Both the position numbers and the translations under genes were made by a program. The notes below the pieces were generated by a model, which worked only from the letters and a program-made list of their open reading frames with translations, was not told the DNA's origin and did no database searches. Positions 18,501 through 28,679 of a stretch of 64,000 nt of DNA are shown piece after piece (within the stretch, counting starts at the first letter, position 1; the number at the start of each line of letters is the position of its first letter). Origin of the DNA: Chloroflexota bacterium (GTDB taxonomy: Bacteria > Chloroflexota > Anaerolineae > Anaerolineales > VGOW01); assembly GCA_016213135.1 (NCBI GenBank), contig JACRBQ010000098.1, positions 6,221 to 70,220 on the forward strand. Direction: 5' to 3'.

Positions 18501-21500
18501 TCAGCGTATAACTTCTTCCACCCGTGTCTGGATGGGTGCCGGCTCCGCCGCGGCGGTGATGGGCATCACCTTTGCGAAGAGGCCCGGATCGAAGTGCGCG
18601 ACGAGTGCGTTTGCCCGCGCGCTGCCGGTCAGCGCGGCGTGGCGGGCCACTTGCCGATGCAGCCATGCGGCATCGTCTTCGGTGAGCGGCGCGGTGGTCA
18701 CCAGAGTGGAGTTGATGAGTTCCTCGACGGGCAAAGGTTGACCATCCGTCAACACATAGGCTACGCCGCCGCTCATGCCTGCGCCAAAGTTTCGCCCAAA
18801 GCTGCCGAGGATTACCACCGCGCCGCCGGTCATGTACTCGCAGCCGTGGTCGCCCACGCCCTCGACTACTGCCGTGGCTCCCGAGTTGCGCACGGCAAAC
18901 CGCTCGCCCGCGCGCCCGGCGATGAACACCGCGCCGCTCGTCGCGCCGTAAAGGATGGCGTTGCCCGCCAGCACCGGGTGCCGGCCGTGGTAATCGGGCG
19001 AGGGGGCAATGACGATCTGCCCCCCGGCCAGCCCTTTGCCCACGTAATCGTTGGCCTCGCCGCGCAAATAAAAATGCAGGCCGGGCGTGGCAAACGCCCC
19101 GAACGATTGCCCGGCGCTGCCGCGCGCCCGCACGTTGATCGTGTCGGCGGGCAACCCGCCGGCCCCGTGCCGCCGGATGACGGCATTCGCCACGGGCGCG
19201 CCAAAGGTGCGCGTGCGGTTGGTCACCGGATATTTCACGTCCACCCGGTCGCCGCATTCCACGGCGCTCATCACTTCGGCCAGCAGGGCGCGGTTGAGCG
19301 GGGCCGCGCTGATAAGCAGGTTGGGGTGGCGCTCGTAGCGTCGCGGGCCGGGGGCGTCGGGCGGGGTGATGAGGCGGCTGAGGTCCACTGAGGGATTGCC
19401 CGGCAGACCCGGCGTCACCTGCTTCAGCAGTTCCACGCGGCCAACGGCTTCGTGCAGTGAGGCGAGACTCAATTGCCCCAATATCTCGCGCACTTCTTCG
19501 GCCACGAAACGCATGAAGGCCATGAGGCGTTCGGGCGGGGTGTGGAACTTGGCGCGCAGTTTGGGGTCTTGCGTGGCAATGCCCGCCGGGCAGGTATTGA
19601 GGTGGCAGGCGCGGGCCATCACGCAGCCCAGGGCCACCGCGGCCGCCGTGCCAAACGAAAACTCGTCCGCGCCCAGCAGCGCGGCCATCATCACGTCGCG
19701 CCCGGTGCGCAGGCCGCCGTCGGTGCGCAGCCGCACGCGCCCGCGCAGGCCGCTGTTCACCAGCGCGTGTTGGGTGTCGGCCAGGCCAAGCTCCCACGCC
19801 ACCCCGGCATACTTCACCGACGAGAGCGGTGAGGCGCCCGTGCCGCCGTTGTGCCCGCTGATGAGGATGATGTCGGCCCCGGCTTTGGCCACCCCGGCGG
19901 CAATGGTACCCACCCCGGCCTGCGCCACCAGTTTCACCGAGATGGCCGCGCGGGGGTTGATCTGCCGCAGGTCGTAGATCAACTGCGCCAGGTCTTCGAT
20001 GCTGTAGATGTCGTGATGCGGCGGCGGCGAGATGAGCATGATGCCGGGCTGCGCGTGTCGGATGGCGGCAATTTCGGCGGTGACTTTGTTGGAGGGCAAC
20101 TGGCCGCCCTCGCCAGGTTTGGAGCCTTGCGCCATTTTGATTTGCAACTCGTCGGCGCTGATGAGGTAACTGGGCGTGACGCCGAAACGGGCGGAGGCCA
20201 CTTGTTTGATCCGGTCGTTGCGCTCGACGGCGTAACGCGCGGGGTCTTCGCCGCCCTCGCCGGAATTGCTCCCTGCTCCCAACCGGTTCATGGCAATCGC
20301 CATTGCCTCGTGGGCCTCTTTGGACAGCGCCCCGTGCGACATTGCGGCGGTGGAAAAGCGGCGGACGATGGAGGCTACGGGTTCGACTATGGGCGGCCCA
20401 TCGATCGGTCCGGCTCGTAAGGGCGATTCATGAATCGCCCCTACCTCATCGATCGCCCGTACCGAAAAGTCCAGCAGATCGCGAAAGTCAACGGGCGGGC
20501 GCGCGTGGACGAGGCGGCTGTATTCTTTGTAGCGGGCATAGTCGCCAGCCTGTAGCGCGTTGTGCAGGGCCTTGACCACTGCCGGGCTGAAGGCGTGCGT
20601 TTCGCCATCGCGTTTGAATTTGTAGTAGCCCGGGGAATCGAGCAGCGAGGCTGCGTTATGCGGGGTGGCGGCAAAGGCGCGGGCGTGCCACGCCAGCACG
20701 ATTTTGCCGATGTCGGCCAGACCCAGCCCGCCGAGGTGGGCCGGGGTGCCCTCGAAGTGTTCGGCCACGACGGCGTTGGCCAGGCCGATGACTTCGAAAG
20801 TTTGCGCGCCGCAATAAGCGTCCACGGTAGTGATGCCTATTTTGGACATGATTTTGAAGAGGCCGTGTTCGGCGGCGTGCAGGTAGTTGCGTATGGCAAC
20901 CGAGGGGGTGATGGGGGCTTCGGCGAGACGGGCGGCGGTGGCAATGGCGAGGTAGGGGTTGATGGCATTGGCCCCGTATCCCAGCAGCGCGGCGAAGTGG
21001 TGCACGTCGCGCGGTTCGCCGCTTTCGACGATGAGGCTGACTCGCCCGCGTAATCCAATCCGCAGTAAGTGATGATGCACGGCGCTGACGGCCAGCAGCG
21101 AGGGGATGAAGGTGCGGGCCCAGTCCACGCCCACGTCGGAGAGGATGATAAGTTGCGCGCCGGATCGGGCTGCGGACTCGGCGCGGGCGCACAGCAGGTG
21201 AAGGTTGTGGGCCAGGCCGTTGGGCCGGGCGCAGACGGTGACAGGCGTCAACGTGGATAACGTGGTGGGCCGCAGAGGGGCGTCACGGCGGAGATGTTCG
21301 AGGGTGGCATCGGCGAGATAGGGGCTTTCCAGCTCGATCACCCGCGCGTGCGCGGGGGCTTCGTCCAACACATTAGGCCGCGCACCCAGCCGCACGCGCA
21401 GCGACATGACGTACGTTTCGCGGAGGTAGTCGATGGGCGGGTTGGTCACTTCCGCGAAGCGCTGGCGGAAGTACGAGAAGAGGGGGCGCGGTTTGGGCGA

Positions 21501-23135
21501 GAGGATAGCGGCGGGGGTGTCGTCACCCATGGAGCCGACGGCTTCGGCACGGTTCTCGACCATGGGGCGGATGACGACGACGATTTCTTCGTGGGTGTAG
21601 CCGAAGGCCGCCTGATCGACAACGAGGGAGTCGGTGCGGGCGAGGTGCGCGCTGTGCAATGGGAAGGCGCGGTTGGTGACGGGTCGCAGGTTTTCGCCGA
21701 GCCATTGGCCGTAAGGGCGCTGCGCGGCGAGACGCTCTTTGAGTTCGCCGTCGGCGAGCAGTTCGCCGGTGGCGGTGTCCACGGCAAACATCTGGCCGGG
21801 GCCGAGGCGCTCTTTGTGCGTCATGCGAATGGCGGGGATGGCGATGGCGCCGACCTCGGAGGCGGCGCCGATGAGTCCGTCGTCGCAGACGAAGTAGCGC
21901 AGGGGGCGCAAACCGTTGCGGTCGAGCGTCGCGCCGACGATGCGGCCGTCGGTGAACATGATGGCGGCGGGGCCGTCCCACGGCTCGGTGAGGGCGGCGT
22001 GATAGCGATAGAAGTCACGCACGGACCGGGGGAGATGAGGCGATTTTTCCCACGCGGCGGGCATGAGCATGCTGAGGGCGTGCCGCACGTCGCGCCCGCC
22101 GCGCACCAGCAATTCGGCGGTGTTGTCGAGCATGGCCGAGTCCGAGCCGTCGAGGTCGATGACGGGGCGGAGGTCGTCGGGGCGGATTTCGAATGGGGCG
22201 TCCTTCGACTGTGCGCCTGCGGCGCTGCGCTCAGGATGCGCCCTCGACTGCGCGCCGTCCTCGCCAAGCTCAGGATGCAGTTGCAGGTCGGCTTCGCGGG
22301 CAGCCATCCACGCGATGTTGCCCTGGATGGTGTTGATTTCGCCGTTGTGGCACAGGACGCGGAAGGGCTGGGCGCGGTGCCACGTGGGCAGGGTGTTGGT
22401 GCTGTAGCGCTGGTGGAAGACGACGAGGTGGGGGGCGTAAGCGGGGTCGCGCAGGTCGGTGTAAAAGGCGGACACTTGCGGGGCGAGGAGGAGGCCTTTG
22501 TATACGATGGTCTGGCTCGAACAGGAGGCCACGTAGGCGGCGAGGGCCAGGCCGCGACAGTCGCGATCGAATCGTTTGCGGGTGAGAAAGAGACGGCGCT
22601 CGACCTCGTCGGCAGGCAGGCTGCGCGGGTGGCCGACGATGGCCTGTGTGATGTGGGGTTGCGTGCTGCGGGCGTAGTCGCCAAGGGTGGCGGGGTTGTG
22701 CGGCACGTCGCGCCAGGCCAGCAGTTGCATGCCGGAGGCGGTGAGGGCTACTTCAAAGATGGCGCGGCAGTCTTCGATGACTTCGGGATAGAGGAAGAGG
22801 GTGGCGACGGCGAGGCGGTCGGGGTCTACGGGTTTGCCGGTGAGACGTTGGGCCTCCCGCGCAAAGAACTGCCGGGGCAGCGAGGTGAGGAGGCCCGCGC
22901 CGTCGCCGGTGACGCCGTCGGCGTTGAGCGCGCCCCGGTGCTGGAGGTTGATAAGCGATTGCAGGCCCAGCTGGAGCAGTTCGTGGCTGGGGCGGCCATA
23001 ACGGTCGGCCACGAAGCCGATGCCGCACGCGCCACGGTCGATGTCGGTGTACAGTGGGATGACGGGCCGGCGTGGGGCGGATGGCAGGGGGCTGTTGGCG
23101 CGCATGGGGGGCTTTCGCTCGGCAAGGTTGTCCAA
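18501..23135 (-). CDS. gltB: glutamate synthase large subunit
   Basis: 1544 aa. Ntn amidotransferase start ...GACGIGFVAD, then FMN and GXGXG domains. The start could instead be Met11 (23105). Confidence 0.95.
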   Translation of the reverse strand: MDNLAERKPPMRANSPLPSAPRRPVIPLYTDIDRGACGIGFVADRYGRPSHELLQLGLQSLINLQHRGALNADGVTGDGAGLLTSLPRQFFAREAQRLTGKPVDPDRLAVATLFLYPEVIEDCRAIFEVALTASGMQLLAWRDVPHNPATLGDYARSTQPHITQAIVGHPRSLPADEVERRLFLTRKRFDRDCRGLALAAYVASCSSQTIVYKGLLLAPQVSAFYTDLRDPAYAPHLVVFHQRYSTNTLPTWHRAQPFRVLCHNGEINTIQGNIAWMAAREADLQLHPELGEDGAQSRAHPERSAAGAQSKDAPFEIRPDDLRPVIDLDGSDSAMLDNTAELLVRGGRDVRHALSMLMPAAWEKSPHLPRSVRDFYRYHAALTEPWDGPAAIMFTDGRIVGATLDRNGLRPLRYFVCDDGLIGAASEVGAIAIPAIRMTHKERLGPGQMFAVDTATGELLADGELKERLAAQRPYGQWLGENLRPVTNRAFPLHSAHLARTDSLVVDQAAFGYTHEEIVVVIRPMVENRAEAVGSMGDDTPAAILSPKPRPLFSYFRQRFAEVTNPPIDYLRETYVMSLRVRLGARPNVLDEAPAHARVIELESPYLADATLEHLRRDAPLRPTTLSTLTPVTVCARPNGLAHNLHLLCARAESAARSGAQLIILSDVGVDWARTFIPSLLAVSAVHHHLLRIGLRGRVSLIVESGEPRDVHHFAALLGYGANAINPYLAIATAARLAEAPITPSVAIRNYLHAAEHGLFKIMSKIGITTVDAYCGAQTFEVIGLANAVVAEHFEGTPAHLGGLGLADIGKIVLAWHARAFAATPHNAASLLDSPGYYKFKRDGETHAFSPAVVKALHNALQAGDYARYKEYSRLVHARPPVDFRDLLDFSVRAIDEVGAIHESPLRAGPIDGPPIVEPVASIVRRFSTAAMSHGALSKEAHEAMAIAMNRLGAGSNSGEGGEDPARYAVERNDRIKQVASARFGVTPSYLISADELQIKMAQGSKPGEGGQLPSNKVTAEIAAIRHAQPGIMLISPPPHHDIYSIEDLAQLIYDLRQINPRAAISVKLVAQAGVGTIAAGVAKAGADIILISGHNGGTGASPLSSVKYAGVAWELGLADTQHALVNSGLRGRVRLRTDGGLRTGRDVMMAALLGADEFSFGTAAAVALGCVMARACHLNTCPAGIATQDPKLRAKFHTPPERLMAFMRFVAEEVREILGQLSLASLHEAVGRVELLKQVTPGLPGNPSVDLSRLITPPDAPGPRRYERHPNLLISAAPLNRALLAEVMSAVECGDRVDVKYPVTNRTRTFGAPVANAVIRRHGAGGLPADTINVRARGSAGQSFGAFATPGLHFYLRGEANDYVGKGLAGGQIVIAPSPDYHGRHPVLAGNAILYGATSGAVFIAGRAGERFAVRNSGATAVVEGVGDHGCEYMTGGAVVILGSFGRNFGAGMSGGVAYVLTDGQPLPVEELINSTLVTTAPLTEDDAAWLHRQVARHAALTGSARANALVAHFDPGLFAKVMPITAAAEPAPIQTRVEEVIR

Positions 23136-23393
23136 AGACGGTATTGAGTATCATAGGGACAACCCCGATACGGCGGAAGATACAAACTGGATGGAGTTGC
23201 GAGGGCTGCGCTTGGGGAGGTTGTATCAGTGAAAGCGGACAAGCGAGGGGCAGCGAAGTTGGGGCAGGTTGAATGGGGCATCCTTCGACTGCCGCCCGTG
23301 AAAAGACGCGTGCTTTCGCCGGTGTGGCCGCCGCCCAATTAGGCGGCTGGGCGCAATCGGATTAGCGCACTGCCGAGCCGGGCGCAGAATAGG

Positions 23394-24137
23394 CTAATGA
23401 ACCGGCACGCCAAGATTGATGGTGATAGCGTAGTGCGTGTCGTCGTCGTGGAAGGTGAAGGCAGTTGCTCCCGGCTGGGCCTTCGGAAAGATGAAACTGC
23501 CGTACGCAGTGGCATTGGGGCTATTGGCCTCTAGCGTACACCCGTCAAGAGCAGCGCCGGTCAACCCGGTGAAGGAATAATGGTTACCGAAGTTGTCGAT
23601 CAAATACATGCCGGGATCGTTTCGGTACGATAGTTTAGTGACGTGGTTGCCCTGATCGGGCGGGATGCTCCAACTGACCTTGTATTCCATGTCCCCACTC
23701 TCGGCAACCACAACCGAGTTAATGCACCAGGTTACGTCACCCTCCATTGTCTCAAATCTAGGACCCTGGAGGAATTCAGTTACCTTCACCTGGCTGACGT
23801 GATAAGTAGCGCAGGCTCCGGACATCGGATAAGTGCCCGGCACAACGCCCAGAACAGGCACGGGGGTGGAGGTGGGAATGGGTCGCGGCGTGCGGGTGCG
23901 GGTGGGCGTGGGGCTGGCCGTGGGCGACGGGGTGGAAGTTGCCGAGGAAGTCGGCGTTGGGGTGGCCGTGGGGCTGCTGGTTGCGGTGGCCGAGGGGGTG
24001 TGGGAAGGCGACGGGGCGAGGGTGGGCGCGGACGTGGCCGCTTCGGTCGGCAGGGCGGCCACCGGGGCGGCGCAAGCTGACAGCAGCGCAAGGCCGAACA
24101 GCAAGCATACGACTCGGTATTTCTTGTCGGTGGTCAT
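23394..24137 (-). CDS. hypothetical lipoprotein with Pro/Thr/Ser-rich linker
   Basis: MTTDKKYRVVCLLFGLALLSAC lipobox, about 70 aa of PT/S-rich linker, then a lower-GC globular C-terminal domain with no recognisable motif. Confidence 0.6.
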   Translation of the reverse strand: MTTDKKYRVVCLLFGLALLSACAAPVAALPTEAATSAPTLAPSPSHTPSATATSSPTATPTPTSSATSTPSPTASPTPTRTRTPRPIPTSTPVPVLGVVPGTYPMSGACATYHVSQVKVTEFLQGPRFETMEGDVTWCINSVVVAESGDMEYKVSWSIPPDQGNHVTKLSYRNDPGMYLIDNFGNHYSFTGLTGAALDGCTLEANSPNATAYGSFIFPKAQPGATAFTFHDDDTHYAITINLGVPVH

Positions 24138-24241
24138 ATGTGATCCTTCCTCTATGGGCAAAGCCAGCGGCGAGCGTCAAGGTGGAAACTCGCTGCATAT
24201 TACTCCCATGTTAGAGTGTTGGGAAGTGATCAATGTCATGT

Positions 24242-25222
24242 TTAATCAGAAACGCCCCGCCGCTTCCTAATCTCGGCGCACAGCGCGGGAACCACCACGT
24301 GCATGTCGCCGACGATGGCGTAATCGGCGGCGTTCATGATGGGCGCTTCGGGGTCGGTGTTGATCGCCAAAATGTGCTTCGACCCTTTGCAGCCCACGAT
24401 GTGCTGTGTGGCGCCGCTGACGCCGCAGGCAATGTAAATCTCCGGCGAGATGCGCGTGCCGGTCTGGCCGATCTGGTCGGCGTGCGGCCGCCAGCCCGCG
24501 CTGGTCACCGCGCGCGAACAGCCCACCGCCGCGCCCAGCAATCCGGCCAACTCCTCCAGCGGCCCGAACCCCTCGGCGCTGCCCGCGCCGCGCCCGCCGC
24601 TCACCACCACTCGGGCCTCGGCCAGCGTCACTCTGCCGCTCGCCGTCTCGATTCGGTCGACGACGCGCACGCGCAAATCCTTGTCGGTCAGCGTTGGCGC
24701 GAATTCCGACACGCTCAACGCGGCAGGGGCGGGCGCTTCCTCGGCGGCCACGGCCAGCGGCGCCACCGTGAGCAGTTTCACCGATCCGTGGATGCGCGCC
24801 TCTTCCCACAGCGTGCCGCCCCAGCACTGGCGCGTCACCAAAAACGACTCGCCGGGCTGCACTTCGGTGCAATTGGCGGCCATAGGTAAACCGGTGAGCG
24901 CGCCGAGGTAAGCCATCGCCTCGTTGCCGCGTTCACTGCCCGCCGCCATTACCGCCGCCGGTTTGGCCGCCGCCATAATCTGCTCGACGCATCGCGCCCA
25001 GGCCTCGGGCGCGTAACTGCCCAGGCGCTCGTGCTTCACGGCGTACACCGTGGAAACGCCGAACGCCGCCAGCCGTTCCGCAATCTCCGGCGCAGCCCCG
25101 CCCATCACCACCGCCGCCAGCGGCGCGCCCATCTGCGCGGCCAGCTTCCGGCCCAGCGTCAGCATTTCCGCCGTGCGCTCATTCAGTTTGCCTTGTTCGT
25201 GTTCGACAAGCCCGATGATCAT
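24242..25222 (-). CDS. etfA: electron transfer flavoprotein alpha subunit
   Basis: C-terminal FAD-binding region ...YIACGVSGATQHIVGCKGSKHILAINTDPEAPI... Confidence 0.92.
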   Translation of the reverse strand: MIIGLVEHEQGKLNERTAEMLTLGRKLAAQMGAPLAAVVMGGAAPEIAERLAAFGVSTVYAVKHERLGSYAPEAWARCVEQIMAAAKPAAVMAAGSERGNEAMAYLGALTGLPMAANCTEVQPGESFLVTRQCWGGTLWEEARIHGSVKLLTVAPLAVAAEEAPAPAALSVSEFAPTLTDKDLRVRVVDRIETASGRVTLAEARVVVSGGRGAGSAEGFGPLEELAGLLGAAVGCSRAVTSAGWRPHADQIGQTGTRISPEIYIACGVSGATQHIVGCKGSKHILAINTDPEAPIMNAADYAIVGDMHVVVPALCAEIRKRRGVSD

Positions 25223-25224
25223 GG

Positions 25225-25989
25225 CTAGAGCACTCCCAGCCGTTGCAAGAGATCGACTGCCAGGGGCGCGGCCTCTGCGCCCTTGCCCAGTACCTCGGCC
25301 ACACTGGTTTGCTCCGGCGGCACTTTGAACCGTACCTTCTCCAACCCGCCGTGCGCCCGCTGCGGCTTCATGCGCTCAATCGGTTTCTTCTTGGCTGTGA
25401 GGCGGCCCCGCAGCGATGGGTAACGTGGCAGGTTGATGCCCTCCTTCACGGTGACCACGGCGGGCAGGGGTGCTTCAAACACTTCCCAGCCACCTTTCAC
25501 CTCGCGCCGGGCCACGGCATTGCCGTTATCGATCTTCAACTCCTTCACGCCTGTCACACACGGCAAACCCAACACATGGGCCACGCGGATGCCCACTTGA
25601 TAATCGCCCGTATCGGCAGCCTCGTTGCCCATGAGAATCAGATCAAACGCCGTGCCGGCGGCCTGCTGCGCCCGAACTGCTTCTACGATGGCCGCTGCCG
25701 TGGCCCCCGGATCCCAATCGCCACTCTCGGTTTCCAGCAGCACGGCCCGCTCCATGCCCAGCGTCATCGCGTCCACCAGAATGTCGGTGGCGGCGTCCGG
25801 CCCCAGCGTCAGCACTACGCTCGTGCCGCCGTGCGCTTCAATCAACCGCACCGCCTCTTCCACCGCGCACTCCTCGTGCGGGCTGAAGGTGAAGTTCAGG
25901 TAGCGCGCGTCGATTTCCTGCTCGTCGGGCGTCAGCGTGATGCGGCTGCCGGTGGCCGGGACTCGTTTGATACAAACCAGAACATTCAT
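25225..25989 (-). CDS. etfB: electron transfer flavoprotein beta subunit
   Basis: MNVLVCIKRVP... Start ambiguous (25998 GTG, 25992 or 25989 ATG). AGGTGA lies upstream. Confidence 0.9.
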   Translation of the reverse strand: MNVLVCIKRVPATGSRITLTPDEQEIDARYLNFTFSPHEECAVEEAVRLIEAHGGTSVVLTLGPDAATDILVDAMTLGMERAVLLETESGDWDPGATAAAIVEAVRAQQAAGTAFDLILMGNEAADTGDYQVGIRVAHVLGLPCVTGVKELKIDNGNAVARREVKGGWEVFEAPLPAVVTVKEGINLPRYPSLRGRLTAKKKPIERMKPQRAHGGLEKVRFKVPPEQTSVAEVLGKGAEAAPLAVDLLQRLGVL

Positions 25990-26025
25990 CATCGTCACCT
26001 ATGCAATCGGTCGCCATCCCGCTGA

Positions 26026-28542
26026 CTACATCTTCATGCGCTTGTTTTCGGGATCGAACAGCGGGGCGTTGCCCGCCACGGCTACCATTACCGGGTAGTG
26101 CTCGCCGAAGTATTCCACCAGCAGCTTCGTGCCCGCTTTGGCGTAGTCCGGCGGCAGGTAAGCCAACAAAATGCTCTTGCCCACCGACGGCCCGGAGCCG
26201 GCGCTGGTCACAAACGAGCGGCGGCCGTGCGCGTCTTCGATCGGCTTGCCGTCCAGTGTGAGGATGGGTTCGCGGCCCTGCGGGTAGCGCTTGATGCCGG
26301 ACTTGGAGGTGTTGTCGTCCACCGTCAGCGTGCACAGCGTGGCCGCCGGTTTGCTTTCGCGCTGCTTGAGGTAAGCCGCCTTGCCGATGAAGTCCTGCGA
26401 CTTCACCTGCGGTCGGGCCAGGCCCGCTTCCACGAGGTTGTATTCGAGTTCCAGTTCGTTGCCGTACAAGCGGTACGATTTTTCCAATCGCCCGGTAGTG
26501 CCATACACGCCGATGCCCGCCGGAACCACGCCGAATTTTTGGCCCGCGTCCCACAGGGTGTCCCACAGGCGCGCGCCCTGCTCGAACGGCATGTAGATTT
26601 CCCAGCCCAGCTCGCCCACGTACGAAATGCGCGAGGCCAGCGCGCGCACCGGGCCAAACGTCACCCAGCGGCACGTGCCATACGGAAAGCCGGCGTTGGA
26701 CATATCGTCCTCGGTGGCCGACTGCGCCAGATCGCGCGCCCGTGGCCCCCACACGCCAATGGTCGCCAGCGCGGAGGACAGGTCGCTCACCTGCGCCGAG
26801 CCGTCGGCGGGCAGATGATCGATCAGCCACTTCTTGTCGCGCATGCCGTCGAAGCCGCCATCCACCATGCGGAAGTGATCCGGCCCCAGCCGCATCACCG
26901 TCACGTCGGCTTTGATGCCCCCGGCCACATCCAGTATTTGCGTGTACACCACGCGGCCCACGGGCACGTCCATCTGGTTGGGGCACATGTACTGAATGAG
27001 GTGGAGCGCGCCCGGCCCGGTGACGTCCAGCACGGCAAAGGCCGACAGATCCACCATAGCCACCCGCTCGCGCATGGCGAGATGCTCGGCGTTGATGATG
27101 GGCGACCACCAGCGCGACTCCCACTCGGCGGCCCGGGGCAAAGCCCGGTCGCCGTACTCGGCCAGCAGTTTGTTGTTGGACTCGTACCAGTTGGGCCGCT
27201 CCCAGCCGGCGGTTTCAAAGAACACCGCGCCCAGCGCCTTCTCGCGCTCGTAGAACGGGCTGAGGCGCACGTTGCGGTTGGTGAGCCATTGCTCGCGCGG
27301 GTGCACGATGCCGTAGGTTTTGTTGAAGCCCTCGGCGCTGCGCGCCTGCACGTGGGTCTTGGTTTTGTGGTGATCGTAGAAGCGGGAAACATCGGAACCG
27401 GTGGGATCGATCTCGGAAGCGCCCGTGGTCATCCACTCCGATACGGCGCGGGCGATGCCCGGCGCTTCTTTGATCCAAATGGCGGCGGCGGACCACAGGT
27501 TCTTCACTTCGGGCGTTTCGCCCAGCAGCGGGAAGCCGTCGGGCGTGAGCGACAGCAGCCCGTTGATGGCGTAGCGGATGCCGACCTTTTCGTTGCCCAG
27601 AATGTCGGGCATGAGTTCGAGGGCCTGTTCCAGTTGCAGGTCAAAGTCCTCTTTGGTGAACGGCAGTTCCGTGGGCGAGAGCGCCGACTCTTTGATGGAC
27701 GGAATGCGATCCGGTTCCATCAAAATCGGCCGGTGAGCGTACGAGCCGACTTCCATGTCGAAGCCATGCTGCCGCTCGTACATGTTGGTGTCCATATCGC
27801 GCACAATGGGGAATTTGATCTCGCCCACCGTGTCGGCAAACTGCGGCACCGGGCCGACGCTGATCATCTGGTGTACTGCCGGGGTCAGCGGGATGGAGGC
27901 GCCCGCCATGCGCGCAATGCGCGGACTCCAAATGCCGCAGCAGACAACGACATATTCCGCGTCGATGTCGCCGCGATCAGTGCGAACAGTCTTCACGCGG
28001 CCATTGGCTACGTCCATGCCGCGGATTTCGGTGCCGGCAAACACGGTGAGCGCGCCCTGTTTCTGAGCCGTTTCGCGCATCAGCGTGCCCGCCCGCAGCG
28101 AATCCACCACACCGATGCCGGGCGTGTGGAAGCCGCTTAAAATGATCTTCTCGTTGATGAAAGGCACCAGCTTCTTCACCTCGGCGGGCGAGACGACTTC
28201 GGCGTCGATGCCCCACGATTTGGACGAGGTGATGCGGCGCTTCAGCTCCTCGACGCGCTGCGGCGTGCGGGCGACTTCGAGGCCGCCGCTCTGTGTGAAC
28301 ACGCCCAGCTCTTTATATTGCCGCACACTGTCGAGAGTGAACTTCGTCATCTCTTTGGAGTGATCAGTAAGGTAGATGAAGTTCGAAGCGTGCCCCGTCG
28401 AGCCGCCCGGGTTGGGCAGGGGGCCTTTGTCCAGCAGGACAATATCCTTCCAGCCCAGTTTGGCTAAATGGTAAGCCATGCTGTTGCCCACAATGCCTGC
28501 GCCGATGATCACAACTCTTGCGTGCCTGGGAAAAGTATCCAT
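26026..28542 (-). CDS. dimethylglycine/sarcosine dehydrogenase family (FAD DAO domain fused to GcvT aminomethyltransferase domain)
   Basis: VVIIGAGIVGNSMAYHLA dinucleotide fold, 838 aa, C-terminal GcvT-like domain. Adjacent etfBA fits an ETF-linked dehydrogenase. Confidence 0.85.
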   Translation of the reverse strand: MDTFPRHARVVIIGAGIVGNSMAYHLAKLGWKDIVLLDKGPLPNPGGSTGHASNFIYLTDHSKEMTKFTLDSVRQYKELGVFTQSGGLEVARTPQRVEELKRRITSSKSWGIDAEVVSPAEVKKLVPFINEKIILSGFHTPGIGVVDSLRAGTLMRETAQKQGALTVFAGTEIRGMDVANGRVKTVRTDRGDIDAEYVVVCCGIWSPRIARMAGASIPLTPAVHQMISVGPVPQFADTVGEIKFPIVRDMDTNMYERQHGFDMEVGSYAHRPILMEPDRIPSIKESALSPTELPFTKEDFDLQLEQALELMPDILGNEKVGIRYAINGLLSLTPDGFPLLGETPEVKNLWSAAAIWIKEAPGIARAVSEWMTTGASEIDPTGSDVSRFYDHHKTKTHVQARSAEGFNKTYGIVHPREQWLTNRNVRLSPFYEREKALGAVFFETAGWERPNWYESNNKLLAEYGDRALPRAAEWESRWWSPIINAEHLAMRERVAMVDLSAFAVLDVTGPGALHLIQYMCPNQMDVPVGRVVYTQILDVAGGIKADVTVMRLGPDHFRMVDGGFDGMRDKKWLIDHLPADGSAQVSDLSSALATIGVWGPRARDLAQSATEDDMSNAGFPYGTCRWVTFGPVRALASRISYVGELGWEIYMPFEQGARLWDTLWDAGQKFGVVPAGIGVYGTTGRLEKSYRLYGNELELEYNLVEAGLARPQVKSQDFIGKAAYLKQRESKPAATLCTLTVDDNTSKSGIKRYPQGREPILTLDGKPIEDAHGRRSFVTSAGSGPSVGKSILLAYLPPDYAKAGTKLLVEYFGEHYPVMVAVAGNAPLFDPENKRMKM

Positions 28543-28679
28543 GGAACAGACTCCTTTGATTTGAGAAAAAGTGAGAGGGGGGAGGGACAGTGTCGCACCC
28601 TCATGGCTATTCTAATCGAGGCTTTTGGCAATGACAACAGCTACATTTCTCCGCCCGTTGCGCGCCGCTGCAAAATACA

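Noticed and set aside
23136-23393. Glutamine- or glutamate-sensing riboswitch in the 258-nt region upstream of gltB.
   Set aside because: I could not match it to the glnA-type motif as I remember it. The conspicuous conserved core is a repeat also found inside the gltB coding region.
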